Shown: positions 17,925-27,301 of the stretch, piece by piece
Layout of the letters: each line of letters opens with the position of its first letter
How positions within the stretch are numbered: position 1 is the stretch's first letter
Source of the DNA: an uncultured Eubacteriales bacterium
Lineage (GTDB): Bacteria > Acidobacteriota > Aminicenantia > Aminicenantales > Aminicenantaceae
NCBI GenBank assembly: GCA_964557845.1
Contig: CAZLBV010000240.1
Span: 1 to 54,286 of the forward strand
DNA length: 54,286 bases
Reading direction: 5' to 3'
Made by a program: the position numbers and the translations under genes
Notes under the pieces: model-generated
The model's input: the letters and a program-made list of their open reading frames with translations, nothing else
What the model was told of the DNA's origin: nothing
The model's database searches: none

Positions 17925-19557
17925 TACTCGAAAATATTTCAGTCAAAAAAAGTATTCATTCTTAGTATACTCAGCATTTATTCTTTTACTTATATTAGGG
18001 AGCATCCTTTGCCATCGAAATAACAAGGCCGGCAAAAATATTATTCTTATTACACTGGATACACTCAGAGCCGATCATGTAAGCGCCTTTGGAAGCGAAT
18101 ACGCCGAGACTCCCCATATTGATTTTTTTGCCGAATCCGGAATCACCTTCAACACCTGTTACAGCCCGATCCCCATAACCCTTCCCGCTCATGCTTCTCT
18201 CTTTCATTCCTTATCCCCTCATGAGATCAAGGTGTATAATAACGGTCAGATCCTACCCGAAAAAAGCCCTTCTCCTTCCCTGGCTACTGTTTTTAAACAA
18301 AAAGGATACGATACCGCTGCCTTTGTTTCTTTAGGAGTCCTGAAATCTCATTTCAGAATAAATTCGGGTTTTGATCTCTATGACGATAGATTTCCTGAGG
18401 AGAGATGGTATCTCACTGCCGGGGAAATCAATAAAAAAGTTTTTTCTTGGCTGGATCAACCACACCCCGATCCATTTTTCCTGTGGATCCATTATTCCGA
18501 TCCTCATGACCCCTATGCTCCGCCTACGCTTGCTCCCGATTTTCGAGTCCAACTGAACGGTCAAGTCCATTCGGAATTCTGCCTGCAGAAAAAAGAGGTT
18601 ATTACCTGTGAATTCGAATTGATTCCGGGAGAAAATACAATCGATCTGGTATCTCTGAATGACTTTCCGGTCCCTCGGGATGATTATCGGATAAGCTTGA
18701 ATGATTTTGAGCATGAAGACAGGGACTGCTTAAAATTCAATTATAAAAACCTTACCTTCTATCATCAAGATGACAGGAAAAGTGCTTTCATTAAAAAGAC
18801 CGGGCAAATAAAAATATTCAACTCCGGGAGTAAAATGAAATGGATCCTTCGTTTTCAGGGAAATATTAATCTTTTTCCCTCGGAAATGTCGGAAGGCTAT
18901 ATAAATGAAGTTAAATATTTGGACTCGGAAATCGGAAAACTAACTGAACACCTAAGAGAAACAGGATTACTTGAAAATAGCACCATCGTATTAGTCGGCG
19001 ATCATGGAGAAGGATTGGGTGAACATTATTCTGAGCTGGGCGACCGCTATTATGGGCACATTCATTATCTATATACCTTTCACACCCGAATACCTTTGAT
19101 CATTTACGATGCTTCATTTAAGGACAATCCTCTCAGAATAAAAAAACCAGCCACATTGATGGATATCGCTCCGACCATGTTAAAATTGGCAAACATACCC
19201 ATTCCTTCCTTATTCAAAGGAGAAGATCTTATGGGTTTAGACAGCACCACTCCCGCAAATGACGTCCTGTTTTTTGAAACCTATTCTCCGGAAGCAGCGG
19301 CCAACCGGTTCGGGCTGTTAAGTTATCCCTGGCTTCTTATCTTTACACCAGGTGAGATGCTCTACGAATTGTTTGATCTTAAAAACGATCCGCGACAGCA
19401 GAATAATATTTATCCATCCTTCCAGGATAACGTCCTTATCAGAGAATTGACCCAGAAACTCAATACCCGGGCAAGAAATATCCTATCCACGAAGACAGAG
19501 GTTGAATTCGATCAGAAAAGCCGGGAAATATTGAGGTCTTTGGGTTATATCAAGTAG
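17908..19557 (+). CDS. Membrane-anchored sulfatase-like hydrolase/transferase with an internal insertion
   Basis: TM helix; TLDTLRADH, ITLPAH, HYSDPHDPY, GDHGEG, LRSLGY; start overlaps upstream gene. Confidence 0.86.
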   Translation: MDTFVNTRKYFSQKKYSFLVYSAFILLLILGSILCHRNNKAGKNIILITLDTLRADHVSAFGSEYAETPHIDFFAESGITFNTCYSPIPITLPAHASLFHSLSPHEIKVYNNGQILPEKSPSPSLATVFKQKGYDTAAFVSLGVLKSHFRINSGFDLYDDRFPEERWYLTAGEINKKVFSWLDQPHPDPFFLWIHYSDPHDPYAPPTLAPDFRVQLNGQVHSEFCLQKKEVITCEFELIPGENTIDLVSLNDFPVPRDDYRISLNDFEHEDRDCLKFNYKNLTFYHQDDRKSAFIKKTGQIKIFNSGSKMKWILRFQGNINLFPSEMSEGYINEVKYLDSEIGKLTEHLRETGLLENSTIVLVGDHGEGLGEHYSELGDRYYGHIHYLYTFHTRIPLIIYDASFKDNPLRIKKPATLMDIAPTMLKLANIPIPSLFKGEDLMGLDSTTPANDVLFFETYSPEAAANRFGLLSYPWLLIFTPGEMLYELFDLKNDPRQQNNIYPSFQDNVLIRELTQKLNTRARNILSTKTEVEFDQKSREILRSLGYIK

Positions 19558-19559
19558 GA

Positions 19560-20009
19560 TCAAGGATTATCTTTCTTCTTTAGAAAATTATAAATTTGGG
19601 CAGGGAGACGCCAGAATATCCGGTTGATCATACGTAAAAAAAAAGGCCGTCTTGGATTAATAAAGCCCGATTGGCCCTGTTTTTTTCTTTCCTCTGCCAG
19701 CACTCTCTGGACTATGGGACAACCTAAACTTTCGCGGCAGTAGGGACTCAATTTGCCCTGGCTAAGATATCTCCGTATCTCCTGAATTTCAGGAGAATTC
19801 CAGGCTTCTTTCCAGTCTTTCATAGGAGCAACAATCGGATTTCCATAACAGCAAGGAAGAATCCCTCTTCTTAAAATGTAATAACTTTCCCATGGTTCCC
19901 GGCAGAGTGGGAATTTTGAATAACCAAGATCAGTATTATCATTTTTATTATCCATGTCATTTAGTCTTTCATCGGCTTCAGATTTTATCTTATTTCTTTG
20001 ATCGCTCAT
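19560..20009 (-). CDS. Stand-alone SPASM/Twitch Fe-S domain protein
   Basis: CREPW...LPCC...WNS..IQEIR...CRESLGC pattern; AAAGGT upstream of the ATG; 2 nt after the radical SAM stop. Confidence 0.72.
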   Translation of the reverse strand: MSDQRNKIKSEADERLNDMDNKNDNTDLGYSKFPLCREPWESYYILRRGILPCCYGNPIVAPMKDWKEAWNSPEIQEIRRYLSQGKLSPYCRESLGCPIVQRVLAEERKKQGQSGFINPRRPFFLRMINRIFWRLPAQIYNFLKKKDNP

Positions 20010-20011
20010 TT

Positions 20012-22840
20012 TCAGGACCTTTGAAATTCAAAATAGAAATCAGTGCCGGTTTTTTTGCCCGGCTCTTTGATGGTTCCAAATTCAAACTGATTCGCTACCG
20101 GCACTCCATAACGCTCGGAAAACAATTCACACTGTTTGAAGATCTCTTCCAATTCCTTCCTTGGCAAGAGTTCTTCTTTATAATTAAAATGGTACCCACC
20201 CCTATCTTTTTCGATCTTTGGATCCAATAAAAACAACAACGGCCTTAAAACCAGAGCGTCTGCTTCAATTCTTTGGCACAACCGGAAATATTCCTCCAGA
20301 TCTCCCCGATTGACTTTCATGGGCATAAAAACCATATTAATCTTAGGAAAATTATTATGTTTTTTCCTTTCCCGGTTCAATAATTCCAGATTGGGAATAA
20401 TCGAGTCCCATTTATCATTTCTAATTTTTGCATAGGTTTCCTTAGTGGCAGCATCTAGAGACACATAAAGAAAAATAGGTTTTCCTACCAGGGCTTGGAT
20501 CGTTCTTGTGGTGAAGGCCTGACCATTAGTAGAAAGTTCCAGATATTTATGGTGTCTGGCGAAAAGTTCGAGGATCTCTTTAAAACGGGGATGCAGCAGA
20601 GGCTCTCCAAAAGAACAATTGACCAGGGTTCTCGCCGATCTGAAGAAAGGACCATATCCCTCTAAAGTCTTTTCATCCACATTGACATCACTGTACTCAC
20701 CCTCTAATTCTTTCATACTATCCCATAAACAATACACACACGGAGGTTTGATATTACACTTTCCATAAAGATCGATCCCCAGGTTCAATGGATAGGACTC
20801 CAGTTCTGTTTTTCCCTCGATCATTTCTCGGTAATTCATGATCGCATTACGATGAAAATAAAGGTAATTGGAATGGGCATCATCATCATCATGCAGCCTC
20901 AGCTCAGCAACTCTAACTCCTAAATTTCTTTTATCATCAAGGTGAAATTTTAAAGGAAATAGTTTATTTACTGAAAACTCCAATTCAAATTCAATACCGT
21001 CTACTGCACTTTTCATTGGAATATTATTTTCATTTTGTCCCGGGCCCGGTTTTATCTCTACACTGTAGAAATTCCACTTATGCATGAGTGGAATTTCTCC
21101 GATCTCAACTCCTTGTAGCTTCAACCTCAATTTTTGGCTGAAATCCATGAATTCCGAAAAAGCGTAAAAACTGATATATTTATATGCGTCAACCTGTCGT
21201 GGGAGAATGCCTGATTTCGCATTTTCAGAAATCCATACAAATTCATAGAAATTATCCTGTTCCCACTCATTCCACCCGTTGTAATTTTCAGCGATCAGGA
21301 TCTCATTGTCTTTTTTACTGAGAATCTCGACTTTATCCACTAAGATTCCCAGCTCTCTTTTATCCTCTCGATCAAGCGGTTTAAAGATCTTATTCAGCTT
21401 CATGTCAACCTGAACATGATCTTCGGTATTTTCTAATGGAAAAATATAGACATTATTTTCGCCGTGTATTTTTGTTTCACCTTGCAGTTTTTGATTAACC
21501 CAGACTTTCAGAACCGGATCTTCTTCATGATGAAAAGTATGCCCTCCCCGTATCAACAGATACCTCCTTAAGCCTGGTTCTAAGCCGCTGAAAAAACACA
21601 CTGCTTCTTGTTTCATCCATCGCGGTTTGTTTCCGGAGGATTCATGACCTGATCTCTCCTCATCATACCAACCTTCGAACAATTTCTCGATTTCGGAGGG
21701 AACCTTAAGCTCTACCTCTTTAACCAAGATCCCCAAAGTTCGTTTATCTCCTGGGACCGCAGCCGGAAAAGTCTTATCAAGGATCAGATCTACTCGGATA
21801 TAATCCTGAGTCATACCCAAAGGGACCAAATATTTTTTTTCATCCGGATTGATTTTAAAAACTGCTTTTTCCTCTCCGGAAACCAGGATTCTGAGTTCTG
21901 GATCGACCTCATCTCGAAAGGGATGCCCCGCCTTTATGACTAAAAAACGTCGAGCCTTCTCTTCTAAATTGGTAAAAACAAGGACCGCCTTTTGTCGCAT
22001 CCACCGGCAGCTGCCTTGAAACGAATCCTGATCCTTATTTTCAGGAGGATACCACCCTTCAAAATAAGTATCCACAGAATCTCCATCCAAAAGCTCCCAT
22101 TTGGTTACAATCATCCCCAGTTCACGCGTTTCGTGTATTTTGGATTTATCAAAAACCTTATCCAGGCACAATTCTGCTTCCACCATTCCGGAGACATTTT
22201 TCAGGGGTATCAACAACCGGTTCTGCCCAGGTAAAATCTCATATACCTCCTTTTTACCACCGGAGATCTTGATCTCAAGCTTTGGAGCCTCAGCAGCCTC
22301 AAAGGGATGGCCGCAAGTCAAAACAAAAAAACTGGTTGCACCGGAGGGGACAGGGCCGATGATACACAGCGCCTTTTGTTTCATCCATCGAGATTGTCCA
22401 TTTTCGTCATGATCACTCATTTCGGGCAGATACCATCCATCCGCGTAGAAATTCATTTCTTCCGGTAACAGAACAGCCAGGTCCCTTATCATGATTCCCA
22501 GGTCGCGTCCATCTCCGGGTATCTTAAATACACGGTCAAGCATAAACTCGATAATCAACTCTCCAGATTCGTCAAAAGGAATGCTGTAAACAGAAAAAGC
22601 AGAGGTTATCTTTCTGGAACCCGCTTTGTTCCCATTTATGATTATTTCCAAATCCGGAATCTCTTTATCTAAAAAGGAATGCCCTGCTTGAAAACAGAGA
22701 TATCTTTTTCCGGGAGGCTCCAGGTTTTTTATTTTACAAATCGCTGTTTGTCCTATCCAGCGAAAAGATCCTGAAGCATCAGATTCCTCGCCGAACCATC
22801 CATTTAGATAATCAATCTCAAAATTATTAAATTCAGACAT
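20012..22840 (-). CDS. Radical SAM protein with five N-terminal tandem domains
   Basis: CNIKPPCVYC, FGEPLLHP, STNG, VSLDAA core in the last ~280 aa; five repeats of GW..E...RW...GH.F...D.R.LG. Confidence 0.85.
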   Translation of the reverse strand: MSEFNNFEIDYLNGWFGEESDASGSFRWIGQTAICKIKNLEPPGKRYLCFQAGHSFLDKEIPDLEIIINGNKAGSRKITSAFSVYSIPFDESGELIIEFMLDRVFKIPGDGRDLGIMIRDLAVLLPEEMNFYADGWYLPEMSDHDENGQSRWMKQKALCIIGPVPSGATSFFVLTCGHPFEAAEAPKLEIKISGGKKEVYEILPGQNRLLIPLKNVSGMVEAELCLDKVFDKSKIHETRELGMIVTKWELLDGDSVDTYFEGWYPPENKDQDSFQGSCRWMRQKAVLVFTNLEEKARRFLVIKAGHPFRDEVDPELRILVSGEEKAVFKINPDEKKYLVPLGMTQDYIRVDLILDKTFPAAVPGDKRTLGILVKEVELKVPSEIEKLFEGWYDEERSGHESSGNKPRWMKQEAVCFFSGLEPGLRRYLLIRGGHTFHHEEDPVLKVWVNQKLQGETKIHGENNVYIFPLENTEDHVQVDMKLNKIFKPLDREDKRELGILVDKVEILSKKDNEILIAENYNGWNEWEQDNFYEFVWISENAKSGILPRQVDAYKYISFYAFSEFMDFSQKLRLKLQGVEIGEIPLMHKWNFYSVEIKPGPGQNENNIPMKSAVDGIEFELEFSVNKLFPLKFHLDDKRNLGVRVAELRLHDDDDAHSNYLYFHRNAIMNYREMIEGKTELESYPLNLGIDLYGKCNIKPPCVYCLWDSMKELEGEYSDVNVDEKTLEGYGPFFRSARTLVNCSFGEPLLHPRFKEILELFARHHKYLELSTNGQAFTTRTIQALVGKPIFLYVSLDAATKETYAKIRNDKWDSIIPNLELLNRERKKHNNFPKINMVFMPMKVNRGDLEEYFRLCQRIEADALVLRPLLFLLDPKIEKDRGGYHFNYKEELLPRKELEEIFKQCELFSERYGVPVANQFEFGTIKEPGKKTGTDFYFEFQRS
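20880..22840 (-). repeat. Five diverged protein-level repeats of ~125-140 aa
   Basis: Starts NGWFGEE/DGWYLPE/EGWYPPE/EGWYDEE/NGWNEWE; ends GDGRDLGI/HETRELGM/GDKRTLGI/EDKRELGI/DDKRNLGV. Confidence 0.88.
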
Positions 22841-22844
22841 TTCA

Positions 22845-24248
22845 TTAATCGTTTAGGGTATGGATCGCTTGGTTATCCGCTTTGAGGGCTGCTTCCATTA
22901 TCGATTCAGACAAAGTCGGGTGTATATGGATCGATCCCCCAACGTCTTTAAGCTTTAATCCTGTATGAATTGCCAGAGTCAATTCACTGATCAATTCACT
23001 CGCATTGGGCGCTAACACATTGGCTCCGATAATCTTATCCTCTTTATCAGCGATGATTTGTACGATCCCTTCCTGGGCTCCCATGGTCAAAGCTCTGCCG
23101 GAAGCCTGCAAGGTGAACATCCCGGTTTTGATTTCGATCTGCTTTTCCTTGGCTTCGGTCTTATTTATTCCAACAGAAGCATATTCCGGTTCGATAAATA
23201 CCGAATAAGGTAAAGCATGATAGGAGATCCGCTTATTTAAACCCGAAGCATTTTCAGCTGCCAGGATCCCCTCATGGGAAGCCTTATGCGCCAATAATTT
23301 TCCTCCGATGAGATCACCGATGGCATATATCCTGGGGACTCCGGTTTCCAATTTTTCATTCACCCGGATAAAACCTTTTTCATCAGCCAGAAGATCAGGA
23401 CAATCTTTGACTAACTCCTCAGAGTTGGGTTTTCGTCCTGCCGCCAGGAGTACTCTATCCGTTTCAATCTCAAAATCTTGCTCAGTTTTAAGACAGGTCC
23501 CCGAAATCTTTATGGACTTTTCCGTAAGTACACTCTTTTTTATGGACATCCTGGTATTGATCCTTATCCCCTGCGATTTAAGCGATCTTTCTATTCTAAG
23601 AGCTATGTCCCGGTCGATCCCAGGAAGAATTTGGGGCATTATTTCCAGTACCTCAACCTCACATCCCATTCTGTGATAGATCACACCCATTTCCAATCCG
23701 ATGGCCCCGGCACCGACAACCAGGAGCTTTTTGGGGATTGCTTTTAATCCCAACGCATCCCTGCTGGTAAGAACAAATTTTCCATCTGGTTTGAGAAAAG
23801 GGAGAAAGGCCGGCCTGCTCCCAGTCGCCAGGATTATCTTTTCTGCTTCAACCATTTCCTCTTTCTCCCCCGTTTTTATCAGGATAACATTCTCAGATGA
23901 GATCGATGCGGTTCCTTTTATGAGTTCGATCTTGTTTTTATTTAACAGGAATTCTATTCCCTGGACCAATCGTTCGACCGCTCTCTCCTTTTCATCCTGC
24001 ACTTTTTCCCAATTGAGGGAAATATCAGCTACCGGACCATTTATATTTGCGTTTGATTTTATATTCTTTATTAGGCTGGTTTGATGAAGCAGAAATTTTG
24101 TGGGTATGCAGCCCCAGTTCATACAGACCCCGCCCACTTTATTCTTTTCTACCAACAGGACTCTTTTCCCCAGCTGGGCTCCTCTGATAGCAGCAATATA
24201 TCCTCCCGGGCCGGCTCCAATTACCACAATATCCCATTTTTTTTCCAT
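22845..24248 (-). CDS. lpdA: Dihydrolipoyl dehydrogenase
   Basis: GAGPGGY, GGVCMNWGCIPTK, GAGAIGLE, LAHKASHEG, HPTLSE. Confidence 0.93.
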   Translation of the reverse strand: MEKKWDIVVIGAGPGGYIAAIRGAQLGKRVLLVEKNKVGGVCMNWGCIPTKFLLHQTSLIKNIKSNANINGPVADISLNWEKVQDEKERAVERLVQGIEFLLNKNKIELIKGTASISSENVILIKTGEKEEMVEAEKIILATGSRPAFLPFLKPDGKFVLTSRDALGLKAIPKKLLVVGAGAIGLEMGVIYHRMGCEVEVLEIMPQILPGIDRDIALRIERSLKSQGIRINTRMSIKKSVLTEKSIKISGTCLKTEQDFEIETDRVLLAAGRKPNSEELVKDCPDLLADEKGFIRVNEKLETGVPRIYAIGDLIGGKLLAHKASHEGILAAENASGLNKRISYHALPYSVFIEPEYASVGINKTEAKEKQIEIKTGMFTLQASGRALTMGAQEGIVQIIADKEDKIIGANVLAPNASELISELTLAIHTGLKLKDVGGSIHIHPTLSESIMEAALKADNQAIHTLND

Positions 24249-24487
24249 TGCACATTCCTAACAAATTTGCATGTATTATATACATAATGCCACATAAATG
24301 AAAACTTTTATGATGCAGAGAGAATAAAGCGGTTTATTATAACTGGCCACTTAAAACTTTACATGATTAATCCTCCTTCCTGGCTTCTTGATTCTGACTT
24401 TTTTCCCCGGCAGTATGCTTCACGTTTCCCCCTTCTGTTTTCGAACAGATAAAGACTTGACAGTCTTGATCAAAAAAGTAATAAATA

Positions 24488-27301
24488 TTGAGAACTAAAC
24501 CAAGGAGAAACGATCTGAAAAAAAATAGATTATTTATTATAATCACAGCCATAAAGATAAAAATTGCTTTTCTGCTGATAATTTTGATCATCACCCCCTT
24601 AAAAGCAAGTGGAACCGGTATAATCCAAGGTTTTGTCTATACTCAAAACCGGCAGCCTATCTTGAACGCCAACATTAATCTAACCCATGTTCAAACCAGT
24701 ACAAGCATGACGATTGACTCTGATATCGAAGGTCAATTCTTACTGGCCGGCCTTCCTCCCGGTTCCTATAAGATTTCAGTTGATTCTACTGGTTATATGA
24801 CTTTGGAGAACAAGACACTCCATTTAGAGCCTTCCCAAAATATTAATATTGAGATCATTCTTTCATCCAGGGAAACACAAAACCAATCATCAGCTAAAAT
24901 CTTATGGATGGATTACAGTAATTGTATCTACCAGACATCTCTAAATAAAGCTCAGCTTCATCACTCACCCATTGCTCATAATGTGTGGTCTTTGATCGAA
25001 AACATGGACCTTTCATCCAATACCAACCGGATCGATGTCGGCGGACTCTGGAATAATTATGCAGGGCTTTTTAGCGCCCGTGGAGGCGCTTCCTGGACCC
25101 AAAACCAATACCTTCTCAACGGAATGGATATCACCGACCCTTTTGAAACCGGAAAACCCCTTTTATTTCCGGATATATATGCTTTGGAATTTACCCAGCT
25201 GATCAATGCCGGGCATCCGCCCTCAGCTCTCTCTCCCGGAGGATATTTTAATCTGATCACACAGCGGCCATCAGACACTTTTTATGGCGGCCTTTCCGCC
25301 TTCTATATCCAGCGATCTCTGCAGAGCAGCAATATTACCGCCGCACTCCAAGAAGAAGGCTTATCTGAAAGCCATACCTTCGATTATTTAATGGACGGAA
25401 ACTTTCATATATCCGGACCTATTGTTCCCCAAAAAATTGCTTTTTTCACTTCTGTCTCCGCGTTTGACCTATCCCGTGACATTGCCGATTATAATTCGAT
25501 GGACCGGTCCACAGTCTTGTCCGGATTATTCACCTTAAATTTTAAATTACCTTCAAGCCAATTGAATCTCCTCTGGACCGGGCAAACCCTTAATTATCCT
25601 TCATTTGGGGCTAAAAGGCATATCCCGTTTACAGCTACATTGGATCGAAAGGATCAATACCACTTAATGCAAGCCATCTTCGAGACCAGACCTCATCCTC
25701 ATCATTTTGTTAAGATCGGGGCTGGGTATAACTTGGGTGACATCCATTCAGATTTTCAGGATGATCCGGGCCTTCCCTATTCCCTAAATCTGTTCGAAAA
25801 TGATTACTCAGGAGCCGCGCCACAGTCCTATAATGATCATAGAGAGACACTGAATCTAATGATCGGCGGCTTATCCCTTTTTCCAAGTATCCTTGGAACT
25901 AAACACCAACTGCAGTATGGATTTCAAGCCCGGTCCGCCGAATCAACTTCTCAAATTAATATCTACAAAAACCTTCATATCCATTATTTTAATGATGATC
26001 CATTAGCTGTCATAAAATACAATACCCCCCTGGAACGAAAGGAAAAAGGCCGCTATTTAAATTTTTACTTTCAGGACACACTGACATTAAAGAATTATTT
26101 ATCTTTTTATGTGGGCTTCAATCTGTCCAATGACAAAGCATGGTCACCCGATATCCCAGAAACATCCAATAGGATCGAATGGATGCATGTATCCCCCAGG
26201 ATAGGTATGATCATACCATTGGATCGAGCCAAAACCTCAGCCCTCAAGTTATCTGCTGCCAGATATTATTTTACTCTCCGTCTCCAATACCTAATCTATG
26301 GGAATCCCAATTCTCTGGGGGGATTGGTTTATTCGTGGGAAGACCGTAATAATGACAATATCTTTCAAGAGGATGAGAAAGGTCAGCTCATCCGCCGGGA
26401 GGGGCCCTATTTTGCTGAGATAGATCCGGACATTAAAAGGCCTTATACGGATGAGATCGCCCTTTCATTCAATCACGCTGACCAATCCGGCTGGTTCTTC
26501 ACTATCGGCGGCTTTTTCCGGTCCACCAAAAATCTCATTAATACATTAAATACAGGCGTTCCCTTATCGGTTTATATACCTGAGTATTTCATTGATCTCG
26601 GAGATGATAGGATAAAACATTCCTACGATGACCTGCTCTTTACGGTTTTTAATCAAAATCCCAACACACTCGGACAAGATTTTTTTCTTCTTACAAACGC
26701 CGACCTCGGGAATAAACCTACTTATTATTTTGGTGCAGATATAAATCTTCTTAAAAGATTTGGGGAGAAGTTCACCTTCTATTTTTCATTAAATGCCATG
26801 GAAGTAACCGGAACAACCAATCCGGGTAATACAGAGTATGAAAATGACGATGGAATCATCGGCACTCTGTATAACGACCCCAATACGCTTATCAACTCCC
26901 GGGGCAGATTGCGTTTTGACAGAGCTTATACCTGCAGGCTTGGATTTACCTATTTAGCTCCTTTTGATATCAGATTGGCGGCAGTCCTGAAATATTACGA
27001 TGGCCAACCCTTTTCACGTAAAATTATCATTTCCGGGATGAATCAAGGACCATTTTTTATCCAGGCCCACCCCCGGGGTGAAGCTAGATATGAGTTCAAC
27101 AGCACTTTTGATATCAGAATAGAAAAGATATTCAGGTTCGGATCCTCTCAATTTCACATCATTCTGGATGGATTTAATCTTTTAAACAGCAGTCTGGCAA
27201 CTCAGGAAAACGCCCTCACCGGACCTGATTACTTAATCAGAGCCGCCAATGAAATTCAATCTCCCCGAGTTTTTCGTTTAGGATTAGCCTATGAATTTTA
27301 A
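24488..27301 (+). CDS. TonB-dependent receptor-like outer-membrane protein with a carboxypeptidase-regulatory-like N-domain
   Basis: Signal peptide, G.IQG.V...LPPGSY.I N-domain, plug NQYLLNGMDITDP, SPRIG, KRPYTDE, terminal PRVFRLGLAYEF; true start may be CTG at 24515. Confidence 0.85.
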   Translation: MRTKPRRNDLKKNRLFIIITAIKIKIAFLLIILIITPLKASGTGIIQGFVYTQNRQPILNANINLTHVQTSTSMTIDSDIEGQFLLAGLPPGSYKISVDSTGYMTLENKTLHLEPSQNINIEIILSSRETQNQSSAKILWMDYSNCIYQTSLNKAQLHHSPIAHNVWSLIENMDLSSNTNRIDVGGLWNNYAGLFSARGGASWTQNQYLLNGMDITDPFETGKPLLFPDIYALEFTQLINAGHPPSALSPGGYFNLITQRPSDTFYGGLSAFYIQRSLQSSNITAALQEEGLSESHTFDYLMDGNFHISGPIVPQKIAFFTSVSAFDLSRDIADYNSMDRSTVLSGLFTLNFKLPSSQLNLLWTGQTLNYPSFGAKRHIPFTATLDRKDQYHLMQAIFETRPHPHHFVKIGAGYNLGDIHSDFQDDPGLPYSLNLFENDYSGAAPQSYNDHRETLNLMIGGLSLFPSILGTKHQLQYGFQARSAESTSQINIYKNLHIHYFNDDPLAVIKYNTPLERKEKGRYLNFYFQDTLTLKNYLSFYVGFNLSNDKAWSPDIPETSNRIEWMHVSPRIGMIIPLDRAKTSALKLSAARYYFTLRLQYLIYGNPNSLGGLVYSWEDRNNDNIFQEDEKGQLIRREGPYFAEIDPDIKRPYTDEIALSFNHADQSGWFFTIGGFFRSTKNLINTLNTGVPLSVYIPEYFIDLGDDRIKHSYDDLLFTVFNQNPNTLGQDFFLLTNADLGNKPTYYFGADINLLKRFGEKFTFYFSLNAMEVTGTTNPGNTEYENDDGIIGTLYNDPNTLINSRGRLRFDRAYTCRLGFTYLAPFDIRLAAVLKYYDGQPFSRKIIISGMNQGPFFIQAHPRGEARYEFNSTFDIRIEKIFRFGSSQFHIILDGFNLLNSSLATQENALTGPDYLIRAANEIQSPRVFRLGLAYEF

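Noticed and set aside
20009-20014. Selenocysteine or readthrough at the radical SAM TGA
   Set aside because: The downstream ORF is in a different frame and the position is not Cys-equivalent
24367-24594. 75-aa minus-strand ORF
   Set aside because: Antisense to the receptor's signal-peptide region and promoter; no motif or SD
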